IMG/VR virus record: IMGVR_UViG_3300021356_000025
Span: 1 to 52,334 of that record
Direction: 5' to 3' (one strand)
Length of the DNA: 52,334 nucleotides
Origin: a virus
Taxonomy: Duplodnaviria > Caudoviricetes
The position numbers and the translations under genes are program-made. A model generated the notes under the pieces. The model saw only the letters and a program-made list of their open reading frames with translations. It ran no database searches and had not been told where the DNA came from. Of this stretch, positions 1-8,187 are shown one piece after another. Position 1 is the stretch's first letter, and each line of letters starts with the position of its first letter.

Positions 1-2283
1 GAATCAAGAGCCGGTAAGTCTGACAGAAACGCATTAACTAATTTACTTGTATTAGATGTGGATGGTATACGCCTTCCAAAGCCACTTGCAACAGGCAAGC
101 TAACTGCAGCTGACGTAACGTTTCTTGCTAGTCAAATTATTGCAGAACTACCATTACAATTACAGAACGTAAGTTATATCGCTCAAGCATCGTCAAGTCT
201 TGGACTAAAAGGAGACAAGACTTCGCTGCACATCTTTATGTTTCTTTCAATACCAATGCCACCTAAGTCTGTAAAGTTGTGGTTGCAAGATTGTAACTTT
301 GAATCAGATCTATTTAGTGAACAGCTAGGCTTGTCTGTAAACGGACAGTCGCTCAAGCTGCCACTTGATAGCTCTGTTGCTGACAACTCAAAGATAATCT
401 TTATTGCACCACCAACATTTCAAGACGCAACAAAAGATCCGTTCCAAGCTAAAGAAGAACGAATCGTTTTAGTTGAGCGTGAACAGTGGGCATTTGACCT
501 TGCATCACTAATGAATGACATCAGTCCTCAGAAGATACATGAGAAAGGTCAAGTACATAAAAATAAATTACGTGAGCTACAAGGGTTCGGTAAAAAGAAA
601 GAACGAACACGACTATCTACCGTAGACAATGTAACTGAAGAGATATTAGTTAACCCAGACAAAATGTCTATCAGTGTTGCAGACGACTCTTCATTCCCGT
701 ACATACGTTGTAACATAAACGGCGGCGACTCCAATGCGTATTACTTTAACATTGAGAAGCCTACATATATGTACAACTTCAAAGACGAACCAATCTTTGA
801 AATAGAAAAAGCAGACCCTGAGTTCTTCAGAGCTATCTTTGATATATACGAAGCACAACTAAAAGAAACGGGACGTCATGAGTTCCCGGTAGTTATGCGT
901 GACTACTACACAGATACTTTTTATAACGGTGTGTACTGTCCAAATGAAGATCAGTTCTCTGACGAATTTCCGCTGACACCGATCAGCAAACAAAACATTG
1001 AAGACTTTTATCTGAGTCACGGAAAGATAGCACCTGATTTCGTGCCGGACGGTCGTGTAGTATTCGATCCTACATCTGATAAACCAGCAGTTAATTTCAA
1101 AGATGTACCGTACTATGTAAATACATACCGTAGAACAAAGTACGCTATGAAACCTAAACTTCCTAACAAACCATTGGAAGTAGGCGAAGCAGTAACCATA
1201 AAAGAAGACTGCCCTCTTGTACACAGAGTGATCAGTCATATGCTTGGTAATGGTAAAGAAGAGTTTGAACGCTTCATCAATTGGCTAGCTTACATATACC
1301 AAACACGTAAAAAGACCGGCGTATCATGGGTGCTTACAGGTACACAAGGTACTGGTAAAGGTGTCTTCTACAGTAAGATACTTCGTAACTTGTTTGGTAC
1401 ACACCACGTACCTATGCGTTACTTACAAAACATGGAAGAGCACTTCAACCTATATATGCGTGACGCATTGTTTCTTGTAGTTGATGAGTTTCATATGGCA
1501 TCAAGTTCATCAGGTGCATCTAAGATGGCTGATAAACTTAAGAACCAGATTACAGAAAACACTTTAACTATACGTGGTATGCGAGCTAATCAGATAGAAG
1601 TAGCTAACTACACTAATTATATATTCTTAACTAACAGAGTTGATGCAGTAAACATCGAGCCCGGAGATAGACGCTACAACATTGCTCCGATGCAAAAGAC
1701 TAAACTATTACAAGCATATCCAGATATGCCAGAACGTTTAGACAACAATGAGATAGAAGGCGAGCTTTGGGCCTTTGCTGGTTACTTGCAGACTTTCAAA
1801 GTCAACAAGCGACTAGTAGAAATACCTATCGACAATACTGCAAAAGAACAAATGCGTAATGTTTCTATGTCTGTATTTGATGAGTTCTGTCAAGCAGTAC
1901 GTGATGGTAACTTACCATACTTTACTGACATACTAGATATCAATACAGGTTCAGTACTACATGCAAACGAAATAATCGTAGCGCAACGTCTTGTTAAAAC
2001 TTGGATAGCAAATGCAGATAAAGAGTGGGACGTAATACCAACAGAACATTTACGTACTGTATTCCACATACTTACAGAACAGAACCCACGTTTATCTCAA
2101 CGAGAGTTTTCTAAACGTTTAAGTAGAAACGGTATCGAAGTGCAACGCAAACGTTTACCGGGGAATGCTTCTGCTAATCCTGTTAGAGGGTTAGTAGTTA
2201 CTTGGAATCTATCCGAAGAAGATAAAGAGATGTTTATCAATACTTACTTTGAAGATAATGATAAACGATTGTTGGCAGTCTAG
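1..2283 (+). CDS. Primase-polymerase (AEP) / SF3 (D5-like, DUF5906) helicase fusion, 5'-truncated
   Basis: Frame 1 is open from base 1 (ESRAGKSDRNALTNLLVLDVDG), giving a hhhDxD AEP motif I that the ORF track cuts at the GTG; SLHIF is motif II. The C-terminal part has Walker A GTQGTGKG, Walker B FLVVDE, and IFLTN..DRRY motif C/arginine finger. Confidence 0.85.
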   Translation, partial: ESRAGKSDRNALTNLLVLDVDGIRLPKPLATGKLTAADVTFLASQIIAELPLQLQNVSYIAQASSSLGLKGDKTSLHIFMFLSIPMPPKSVKLWLQDCNFESDLFSEQLGLSVNGQSLKLPLDSSVADNSKIIFIAPPTFQDATKDPFQAKEERIVLVEREQWAFDLASLMNDISPQKIHEKGQVHKNKLRELQGFGKKKERTRLSTVDNVTEEILVNPDKMSISVADDSSFPYIRCNINGGDSNAYYFNIEKPTYMYNFKDEPIFEIEKADPEFFRAIFDIYEAQLKETGRHEFPVVMRDYYTDTFYNGVYCPNEDQFSDEFPLTPISKQNIEDFYLSHGKIAPDFVPDGRVVFDPTSDKPAVNFKDVPYYVNTYRRTKYAMKPKLPNKPLEVGEAVTIKEDCPLVHRVISHMLGNGKEEFERFINWLAYIYQTRKKTGVSWVLTGTQGTGKGVFYSKILRNLFGTHHVPMRYLQNMEEHFNLYMRDALFLVVDEFHMASSSSGASKMADKLKNQITENTLTIRGMRANQIEVANYTNYIFLTNRVDAVNIEPGDRRYNIAPMQKTKLLQAYPDMPERLDNNEIEGELWAFAGYLQTFKVNKRLVEIPIDNTAKEQMRNVSMSVFDEFCQAVRDGNLPYFTDILDINTGSVLHANEIIVAQRLVKTWIANADKEWDVIPTEHLRTVFHILTEQNPRLSQREFSKRLSRNGIEVQRKRLPGNASANPVRGLVVTWNLSEEDKEMFINTYFEDNDKRLLAV

Positions 2284-2301
2284 GTATAACTTAGTTATAC
2301 T
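2272..2301 (+). promoter_or_regulatory. Possible sigma70 promoter overlapped by an inverted repeat
   Basis: TTGGCA-N18-TATACT, overlapped by the palindrome GTATAAC-TTA-GTTATAC (2284-2300), upstream of the nuclease gene. Confidence 0.35.
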
Positions 2302-2333
2302 TAGAACTCCATCAATAGCGTATAGGAATAAAC

Positions 2334-3083
2334 GTGATCTCTCTAACTCAGGAAAAGAGACCAGATACTCTTAAGCCGTTAGAAGTACCCGAACAACTAG
2401 GCGAATTGAAGTCTTGGTCTTACTCAGCATTAAAAGTGTTCGAGCAATGTCCGTATCGTTCATACATTGCAAAAGTCAAAAAAATACAAGAAGAATCAGG
2501 ACCAGCTGCAGAACGTGGTACTGTCATTCACCAACAAGCTGAAGATTATGTTAACGGCACACTTGGTGAGTTCCCTGATACATTAAAAAAATTCAAATCA
2601 GAGTTCGAAGAACTACGCGATGGTTTTGCTGATGCTAAAGTAGAACTAGAAGGTGAATGGGGTTTTGATTTGAATTGGAATCCAGTAGGTTGGATGGAAA
2701 AAGATACATGGGCTCGTATCAAACTTGATGCACTTGTCCATGAAGATGAAACATCTGTTCGAGTAATTGATTATAAAACAGGTAAAAAGTTTGGCAACGA
2801 AATAGGCCATTCACAACAAGCGCTGCTATATGCAATTGCTACCTTCTTGCGATATCCAGAAGTGCAGTATGCACAAACTGAGCTTTGGTATTTAGACCAA
2901 GGAGAAACTACAACTAAAAGTTTTACTCGTGATCAAGCTATGCAGTTCATGCCTACATGGCATAAGCGAGCAATAACTATGACAACATGTGATGACTTTG
3001 CTCCAACGCCTAGTAAAGATTCATGTCGCTGGTGTTCTTACCGTAAAGGTGAGTTTCCAGAATGCGCATGGGGTGTTGACTAG
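2334..3083 (+). CDS. PD-(D/E)XK exonuclease, Cas4/AddB-like with Fe-S cysteines
   Basis: SYSAL..FEQCP, G..IH, KLD..IDYKTG, Q..LY, and a C-terminal CRWC..C. Confidence 0.85.
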   Translation: MISLTQEKRPDTLKPLEVPEQLGELKSWSYSALKVFEQCPYRSYIAKVKKIQEESGPAAERGTVIHQQAEDYVNGTLGEFPDTLKKFKSEFEELRDGFADAKVELEGEWGFDLNWNPVGWMEKDTWARIKLDALVHEDETSVRVIDYKTGKKFGNEIGHSQQALLYAIATFLRYPEVQYAQTELWYLDQGETTTKSFTRDQAMQFMPTWHKRAITMTTCDDFAPTPSKDSCRWCSYRKGEFPECAWGVD

Positions 3084-3123
3084 ACTTCCTCCAGCGTCAC
3101 ACCTCCACTGTGACAAGGCCTCA

Positions 3124-3157
3124 GCCCTGCTTCTTTCACGAGAAGCGGGGTTTTTTT
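3124..3157 (+). terminator. Rho-independent terminator
   Basis: CCCTGCTTCT/AGAAGCGGGG stem followed by T7. Confidence 0.8.
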
Positions 3158-3248
3158 ATATAAGGAAAAACAATGTTAAATTTGTTACTAAAAGTATGGA
3201 CAGCGGTAGAGATAGTTCTATGGATAAAAGCCATACGGGAGAAAAGAA

Positions 3249-3527
3249 ATGCAAATGATATACGTGACCAAAGACGGCAACGAGATTCAGTACGCACTAA
3301 AAACAGATCCAGAGGAAGCTCAGTACTGGACGACGTACCGTTTGAAGAAGAGCGACATCAAGATAAAAACTAAAGTTGATAGAAGTACAGCTGCTAGATT
3401 ACGTGGAGAGATATTAGATGACATCACCAGCACTGAAAAACGCGATACAAAACGGACGGACAAAGTACCTAAAAAACGTTCGGGAACCATCGTTCGCAAC
3501 AATGTTAAAAAGAGGAAAGTTAAATAA
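3249..3527 (+). CDS. Hypothetical protein
   Basis: 92-aa ORF with a GGAG RBS. Its 3' part overlaps the next ORF. Confidence 0.5.
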   Translation: MQMIYVTKDGNEIQYALKTDPEEAQYWTTYRLKKSDIKIKTKVDRSTAARLRGEILDDITSTEKRDTKRTDKVPKKRSGTIVRNNVKKRKVK

Positions 3528-4113
3528 AAAACTTGGCGATAAGATCAAGCATAAGAAATGGAAGTCAATGACAATGTATTCACTAACCCTAGAAGAGCGA
3601 GCAACATGCCCTTCTACCTGTAAACAATGGGAGACCTGTTATGGTAACAATATGCCTTTTGGCCACCGTTTCGACCATACGCATCCTGACTTCTACACGA
3701 AGCTCGATGCAGAACTTACCGAGTTAAACAGAAAACATCAAGATGGATTCGTAGTACGTTTGCATGTGCTCGGAGACTTTCCATCACCCCACTACGTTAT
3801 TAAATGGCAGTGGTGGTTACACAAGTTCAGTAATCTACATGTGTTTGGCTACACTCATTGGGAGTGGACAACGGACATCGGACACCTATTAACTAACATG
3901 AATAGGATATACAATGACCGTTGGGCTATAAGATTTTCTGACGATATGCAATCATCTTACAGTGCACACGTTGCATTGCCCCACGATGCTGATGCAGTTG
4001 CAGCACAAGTCGATGGTATCATTTGCCCTGAGCAAACTGGTGCAGTTGACAGCTGTGCTTCATGCGGTTATTGTTGGACAAGTGAAAGGCCCGTTGTATT
4101 CATAGAACACTAA
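3418..4113 (+). CDS. Gp88-like Cys-rich phage protein (start uncertain, possibly 3502)
   Basis: TCP..C....CY, VRLHVLGDF, GYTH, and a C-terminal CP..C..C..CW, the pattern of the phage GP88 family. Confidence 0.7.
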   Translation: MTSPALKNAIQNGRTKYLKNVREPSFATMLKRGKLNKKLGDKIKHKKWKSMTMYSLTLEERATCPSTCKQWETCYGNNMPFGHRFDHTHPDFYTKLDAELTELNRKHQDGFVVRLHVLGDFPSPHYVIKWQWWLHKFSNLHVFGYTHWEWTTDIGHLLTNMNRIYNDRWAIRFSDDMQSSYSAHVALPHDADAVAAQVDGIICPEQTGAVDSCASCGYCWTSERPVVFIEH

Positions 4114-4126
4114 TAAGAGGCTAAAG

Positions 4127-4300
4127 ATGATATTAACTAGCAGGGATAGACTGCAGTTAACACCCGACAAAATAAAAACATGCGGATCATACAACTTCAA
4201 AGGTGATTCCAAGATGCACTATTGCAAGTGCCCAGTCGAATTAAAAATAAACCACTGGCCTGAAGATTGCCGTATATGCGGTAAAAGAAGTAGGATATAG
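4127..4300 (+). CDS. Small putative Zn-ribbon protein (57 aa, not in the ORF track)
   Basis: AGAGG RBS; MILTSRDR...HYCKCP...DCRICGKRSRI*. Confidence 0.6.
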   Translation: MILTSRDRLQLTPDKIKTCGSYNFKGDSKMHYCKCPVELKINHWPEDCRICGKRSRI

Positions 4301-4317
4301 AAATATCTATCCATATA

Positions 4318-4326
4318 TGCTATAAT
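4318..4326 (+). promoter_or_regulatory. Extended -10 promoter element
   Basis: TGcTATAAT about 60 nt upstream of the helicase start. Confidence 0.5.
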
Positions 4327-4388
4327 CGGTCCAAAGATTTTTAATGAACAATGAACAATGAAAAACGAACTATGAAGAGTGAACAACT

Positions 4389-5732
4389 ATGCATGAAGCA
4401 TTCGAACATCAAAAAGTCACGTCTGACTTTATTGTAAACAATCCTTACGTACTCGTAACATCAGACCCCGGCACCGGTAAAACCCGTAGTGTCATTGATG
4501 CCTATGCAAAAAGAAAAAACGGACGCATGCTTGTTCTGGCCCCGTTGTCTATTCTTGAAGCATCATGGGGTGATGACATCAAGAAGTTTCAACCTGACCT
4601 TACGTACGCAGTTGCGTACGCTAAGAACAGAGAAGAAGCATTCTTAGGTACAGAAGACATTGTCATAACTAATCATGACGCAGTTAAGTGGATTAAAAAG
4701 AATTACCACGTACTATGCGGCTTTGATACGCTGGTCATTGACGAGTTTACAGCTTTCAAAAACAAAGACAGTCAACGCAGCAAAGCATGCTTGAAGATCT
4801 CTGAAGCTTTCGAGTATCGTATTGCCATGTCTGGTACACCTAATAGTAATACTATATGTGACATCTGGCATCCAACACTAATCGTTGACGGTGGTGAACG
4901 ATTGGGGCACAGGTTTTACTCTTTTCGTGCCAGCGTTTGTACTTCACGATTCAATGGTTTTGCCAACGAATGGTGTGACAAACCAGACGCACAAGAGATA
5001 GTTGCTGCAGCATTGTCTGACATCAACATTCGATACGAGCTAGAAGATTGTATCGACATGCCCGAACAAACTGTTCGTACTATGTATGTACAGTTACCTA
5101 AAAAGATACGACAACAATACGAAGCACTAACTGACGATTCTGTTTTATATACAGCTAACGGTACTATCAACGCAGTACACGCTGGTGCCCGGGTGAAGAA
5201 GCTGTTGCAGCTTTGTACGGGTGCTGTGTACAACGAAGACGGAGATGCTATCGGTATACATGACGAACGTTATGACATGGTTATGCAGTTAGTTTTAGAA
5301 AGAAATCAGTCACTAGTTGCATTCAACTGGCGGCACGAGAAGGATGCGCTTGTAGAAAAAGCAGAGAAGCTTGGTATCTCATACGCTGTAATTGACGGCT
5401 CTGTTGCCGCACACAAACGTAAAGAGATTGTAGATCGCATGCAAGCCGGCCAGCTGCAAGTTGTGTTTGCACATCCACAATCTGCGGGTCATGGTCTTAC
5501 AATGACCAAAGCAAACACAGTTATCTGGGCGTCACCTACATACAACGCCGAGCACTATCAGCAGTTTAACCGTCGTATCTATCGAGCTGGTCAAACTCAA
5601 AAGACTGAGATCATACAGATTGCAGCTCGTGATACGTGGGAGACTGATGTGTATGTAAAACTGGAAGGTAAACTTGAGAAGATGGAAGACTTACTCTCGA
5701 TACTAAATGACTTACATCAAAACAGGAATTAG
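4389..5732 (+). CDS. SNF2-family (SF2) DNA helicase
   Basis: DPGTGKT, VIDEF, SGTP, GHGLTM, Q...RIYRAGQ motifs. Confidence 0.9.
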   Translation: MHEAFEHQKVTSDFIVNNPYVLVTSDPGTGKTRSVIDAYAKRKNGRMLVLAPLSILEASWGDDIKKFQPDLTYAVAYAKNREEAFLGTEDIVITNHDAVKWIKKNYHVLCGFDTLVIDEFTAFKNKDSQRSKACLKISEAFEYRIAMSGTPNSNTICDIWHPTLIVDGGERLGHRFYSFRASVCTSRFNGFANEWCDKPDAQEIVAAALSDINIRYELEDCIDMPEQTVRTMYVQLPKKIRQQYEALTDDSVLYTANGTINAVHAGARVKKLLQLCTGAVYNEDGDAIGIHDERYDMVMQLVLERNQSLVAFNWRHEKDALVEKAEKLGISYAVIDGSVAAHKRKEIVDRMQAGQLQVVFAHPQSAGHGLTMTKANTVIWASPTYNAEHYQQFNRRIYRAGQTQKTEIIQIAARDTWETDVYVKLEGKLEKMEDLLSILNDLHQNRN

Positions 5733-5734
5733 TT

Positions 5735-6112
5735 ATGAAAGAAGAAATGAACGTTAACCAGCTAATCAATGAACGTGCTGACGTCAAAAGTCGCATGGAT
5801 AAATTGAATAGAGAACTAAAAGACTTACGAGCAGAATCCGATTACATCGATGTTCTGCTTCTTAAGAAGATGGATGCGGAGGGTATGTCACGTACAGCTA
5901 ATGACTCAGCTTCTGTATCTATCAACGAAGACACTGTTCCCGAGGTAACTGATTGGGATCAGCTGTATCAGTATGTAACGGAGACTCAGGATTTTAGTCT
6001 TATCCAAAGACGAGTCAGCAGTACTGCTTACAAGGAAATACTGAAATTAGGTGACGGAGTACCGGGACTACAACCACGCACAGTAAGACGCGTCAATTTT
6101 AGAAAACTTTAA
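5735..6112 (+). CDS. Conserved phage replication-module protein (coiled-coil N-terminus)
   Basis: 125 aa with a V.DWD..Y....QRRVS...PG pattern typical of genes next to phage SSBs. Confidence 0.6.
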   Translation: MKEEMNVNQLINERADVKSRMDKLNRELKDLRAESDYIDVLLLKKMDAEGMSRTANDSASVSINEDTVPEVTDWDQLYQYVTETQDFSLIQRRVSSTAYKEILKLGDGVPGLQPRTVRRVNFRKL

Positions 6113-6140
6113 ATTATCAATGAATAAGGAACAATGAACT

Positions 6141-6806
6141 ATGAGTAGCACAGCGTTAGCAATACCTGAAGATAAAATTCCAGCACACATCAAGAAAGCG
6201 GCAGGCCGTGGCAATGAGAATGTTGGACAGCAAGTAACTATACCTCGTGTTAAGCTTCTACAAAAAATGTCTGATGAAGTAGATAAACATCACGCTAACT
6301 ATGTACAAGGTGCAGAGGTTGGTCATTTCTTGAACACTCTCACTGGTGAAAACTATGGTGAAGAGTTGTACGCAATCAGTATCACGTTCAAAACCGAGCA
6401 CGTTGTTTGGCGTAACCGTGAAGCTGGTGGTGGCCTACTTGGTGCATTCGGTTCTCATGCCGAAGCTCAAGAAGCTATCAATGCACAAGAGAAGCCCGCT
6501 GATTACACTATCACCGAAACTCATACACACCTATTGCTATTGAAAGATCCTAAGACTGGTAAGCTAGAAGAGACTCCAATTGTTATGGACTTTGCTTCTT
6601 CTAAGCTACGTATATCACGTAACTGGAACTCTCAAATTGCACTGAAAGGTGGTGACAGATTTGCTGGTTTATGGAAGATCAAATCAGTAGCTGTTGAGAA
6701 TCGTATGGGTAACGCCTTCATGAACTTAGATGTAAACTTTGAAGGTTGGGCTCAGGAAGACGACTACAAGAAAGCTGAATCGTTATACGAGCAGCACTCT
6801 AAATAA
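6141..6806 (+). CDS. Putative ssDNA-binding/annealing protein
   Basis: G.ENV..IPR.KLLQ..S N-terminus and position in the replication module. Function is inferred. Confidence 0.5.
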   Translation: MSSTALAIPEDKIPAHIKKAAGRGNENVGQQVTIPRVKLLQKMSDEVDKHHANYVQGAEVGHFLNTLTGENYGEELYAISITFKTEHVVWRNREAGGGLLGAFGSHAEAQEAINAQEKPADYTITETHTHLLLLKDPKTGKLEETPIVMDFASSKLRISRNWNSQIALKGGDRFAGLWKIKSVAVENRMGNAFMNLDVNFEGWAQEDDYKKAESLYEQHSK

Positions 6807-6851
6807 TTTCTGTTCTCCTATACAGAAAGAGGAAGGCTATGTAGTAAAAAT

Positions 6852-6887
6852 GGCACGGACTGATCCACCGTGAGCCGCAACGGATCA
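6852..6887 (+). ncRNA. Predicted H-type pseudoknot in the 5' leader of the 6905 ORF
   Basis: Stem CACGG/CCGTG; loop TGATCC pairs with downstream GGATCA. Confidence 0.4.
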
Positions 6888-6904
6888 TTACTAGGAGACC
6901 TACC

Positions 6905-7138
6905 ATGACAAAATATATTCATATTAATCAACACAAAATTAGATCAAACAAAAAGAACAGTGACAACGAACCAGTAATAACTGTCAAAGAAGGACGAAAA
7001 AATACTTACTGTCATTCAGTAACTATTCATGGAGAGAGTACAGTTATTTACGGCGGAAACGACAAGCCTGTGCTGCCCTGCGGCGCTCGTGTTGTTATAA
7101 AGACAGACGCTGATGTAACGTTTGATCCTATGCCATAA
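6905..7138 (+). CDS. Conserved hypothetical phage protein
   Basis: AGGAG RBS; IHINQH.IR.N....PVITVK...CGARV pattern familiar from marine phages. Confidence 0.7.
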   Translation: MTKYIHINQHKIRSNKKNSDNEPVITVKEGRKNTYCHSVTIHGESTVIYGGNDKPVLPCGARVVIKTDADVTFDPMP

Positions 7139-7330
7139 AGTAATATCAACAATAAGTATCAATCATTAGATTAAAAACATAAGAGCTCTTATAATGGCAC
7201 CTATCTTTCCGAGGTTCCCTAATGATTACGTACATGCTTGCATTTGTTATTACAATGCTTTCTCTTATTGCTGTTGACGATTTAAAAGTCAGTAGAAACT
7301 TCTTACAACCTCGAAAAACTACACAAACCA

Positions 7331-7717
7331 TTACCCATATGTTTGTTCGTAAATCCACTGTGAAACATCGTGCCGAGCAACACAATTCTCAAGATATTGC
7401 TGCCTAGTGACACTAGCATCAAAATCATCTGTGATTATCATCGCAGTATCTTCTACGCCTATAACAACAGCAACTTTTGCACCTTGTTTAACTTTGTTTA
7501 GCCATTCTATTTGCAGCTTAGATAACGTGTGCCTAAGAATAGTATTGTCTCTTTTAGGCAATGCTTTGATATATTTGTATTCGATGAAAAGAACGCCCAA
7601 AGGGCCAGAGTAAAAAGCATCAGGCACTCCGCCTGCATACGTGTCGTGTATCTTCCATTTGTGAACTTCAGAAGAAAGTTTGTTATGAATAGACTTAACA
7701 AATCCGTGTTCGTTCAT
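7331..7717 (-). CDS. VRR-NUC/Holliday-junction-resolvase-like PD-(D/E)XK nuclease
   Basis: N-terminal E, GVPD, FIEYK, LS.LQ..W. Confidence 0.75.
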   Translation of the reverse strand: MNEHGFVKSIHNKLSSEVHKWKIHDTYAGGVPDAFYSGPLGVLFIEYKYIKALPKRDNTILRHTLSKLQIEWLNKVKQGAKVAVVIGVEDTAMIITDDFDASVTRQQYLENCVARHDVSQWIYEQTYG

Positions 7718-8187
7718 GTCCAGCTACTTAAGCCAACTCTTTTCCAAGTATTAGTATTAACACAAATATAAAGATAAGAAGAGTCCCAAGTTATTTGACC
7801 TTTTTTACCGGGAGCACCAGCATTAGCAGGGGTTCTTGTTTGGCGTAATCTTATGCAGTCTCCGTCTATATCAACAACTTCTGTGGGATCATTTGTATTG
7901 ATACCCAGTTTAGAGTTGTCTGCATTCTTGTGTAATAGTCCTTTAAACTTAGAGTTAAAACCACGGTTCTTAGAATCAATAGTAGTTGTATTAAACTGCG
8001 AAGCTGTAGCTTTATCTAACACATCACCATCAACCAACTCACGTAAAGTAACCGCCCTATCTATAGAAGTACCTCTAATACCTAATCTTACTTCTAGTAT
8101 TTCAGAAAGAGTCTGTAAATACCTACGCAATGCTGGGTCTGTATTTTGTGGTACTATAGGTATCCCGGGTATTTTAGTAGCGCTCAT
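7714..8187 (-). CDS. Putative tail-associated virion protein
   Basis: Translationally coupled to the tail gene; C-terminal GQITWD..YLYIC...WKRV fibre-type motif. Confidence 0.55.
   Translation of the reverse strand: MSATKIPGIPIVPQNTDPALRRYLQTLSEILEVRLGIRGTSIDRAVTLRELVDGDVLDKATASQFNTTTIDSKNRGFNSKFKGLLHKNADNSKLGINTNDPTEVVDIDGDCIRLRQTRTPANAGAPGKKGQITWDSSYLYICVNTNTWKRVGLSSWT

Noticed and set aside
3173-3373. 66-aa ORF with a hydrophobic N-terminus
   Set aside because: It largely overlaps the 3249-3527 ORF in another frame, and the sequence alone cannot decide whether both are translated.
7222-7407. + strand 61-aa ORF with a hydrophobic N-terminus
   Set aside because: It has a GAGGT RBS but overlaps the convergent nuclease gene by 77 nt. 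It may be real, but support is insufficient for a call.
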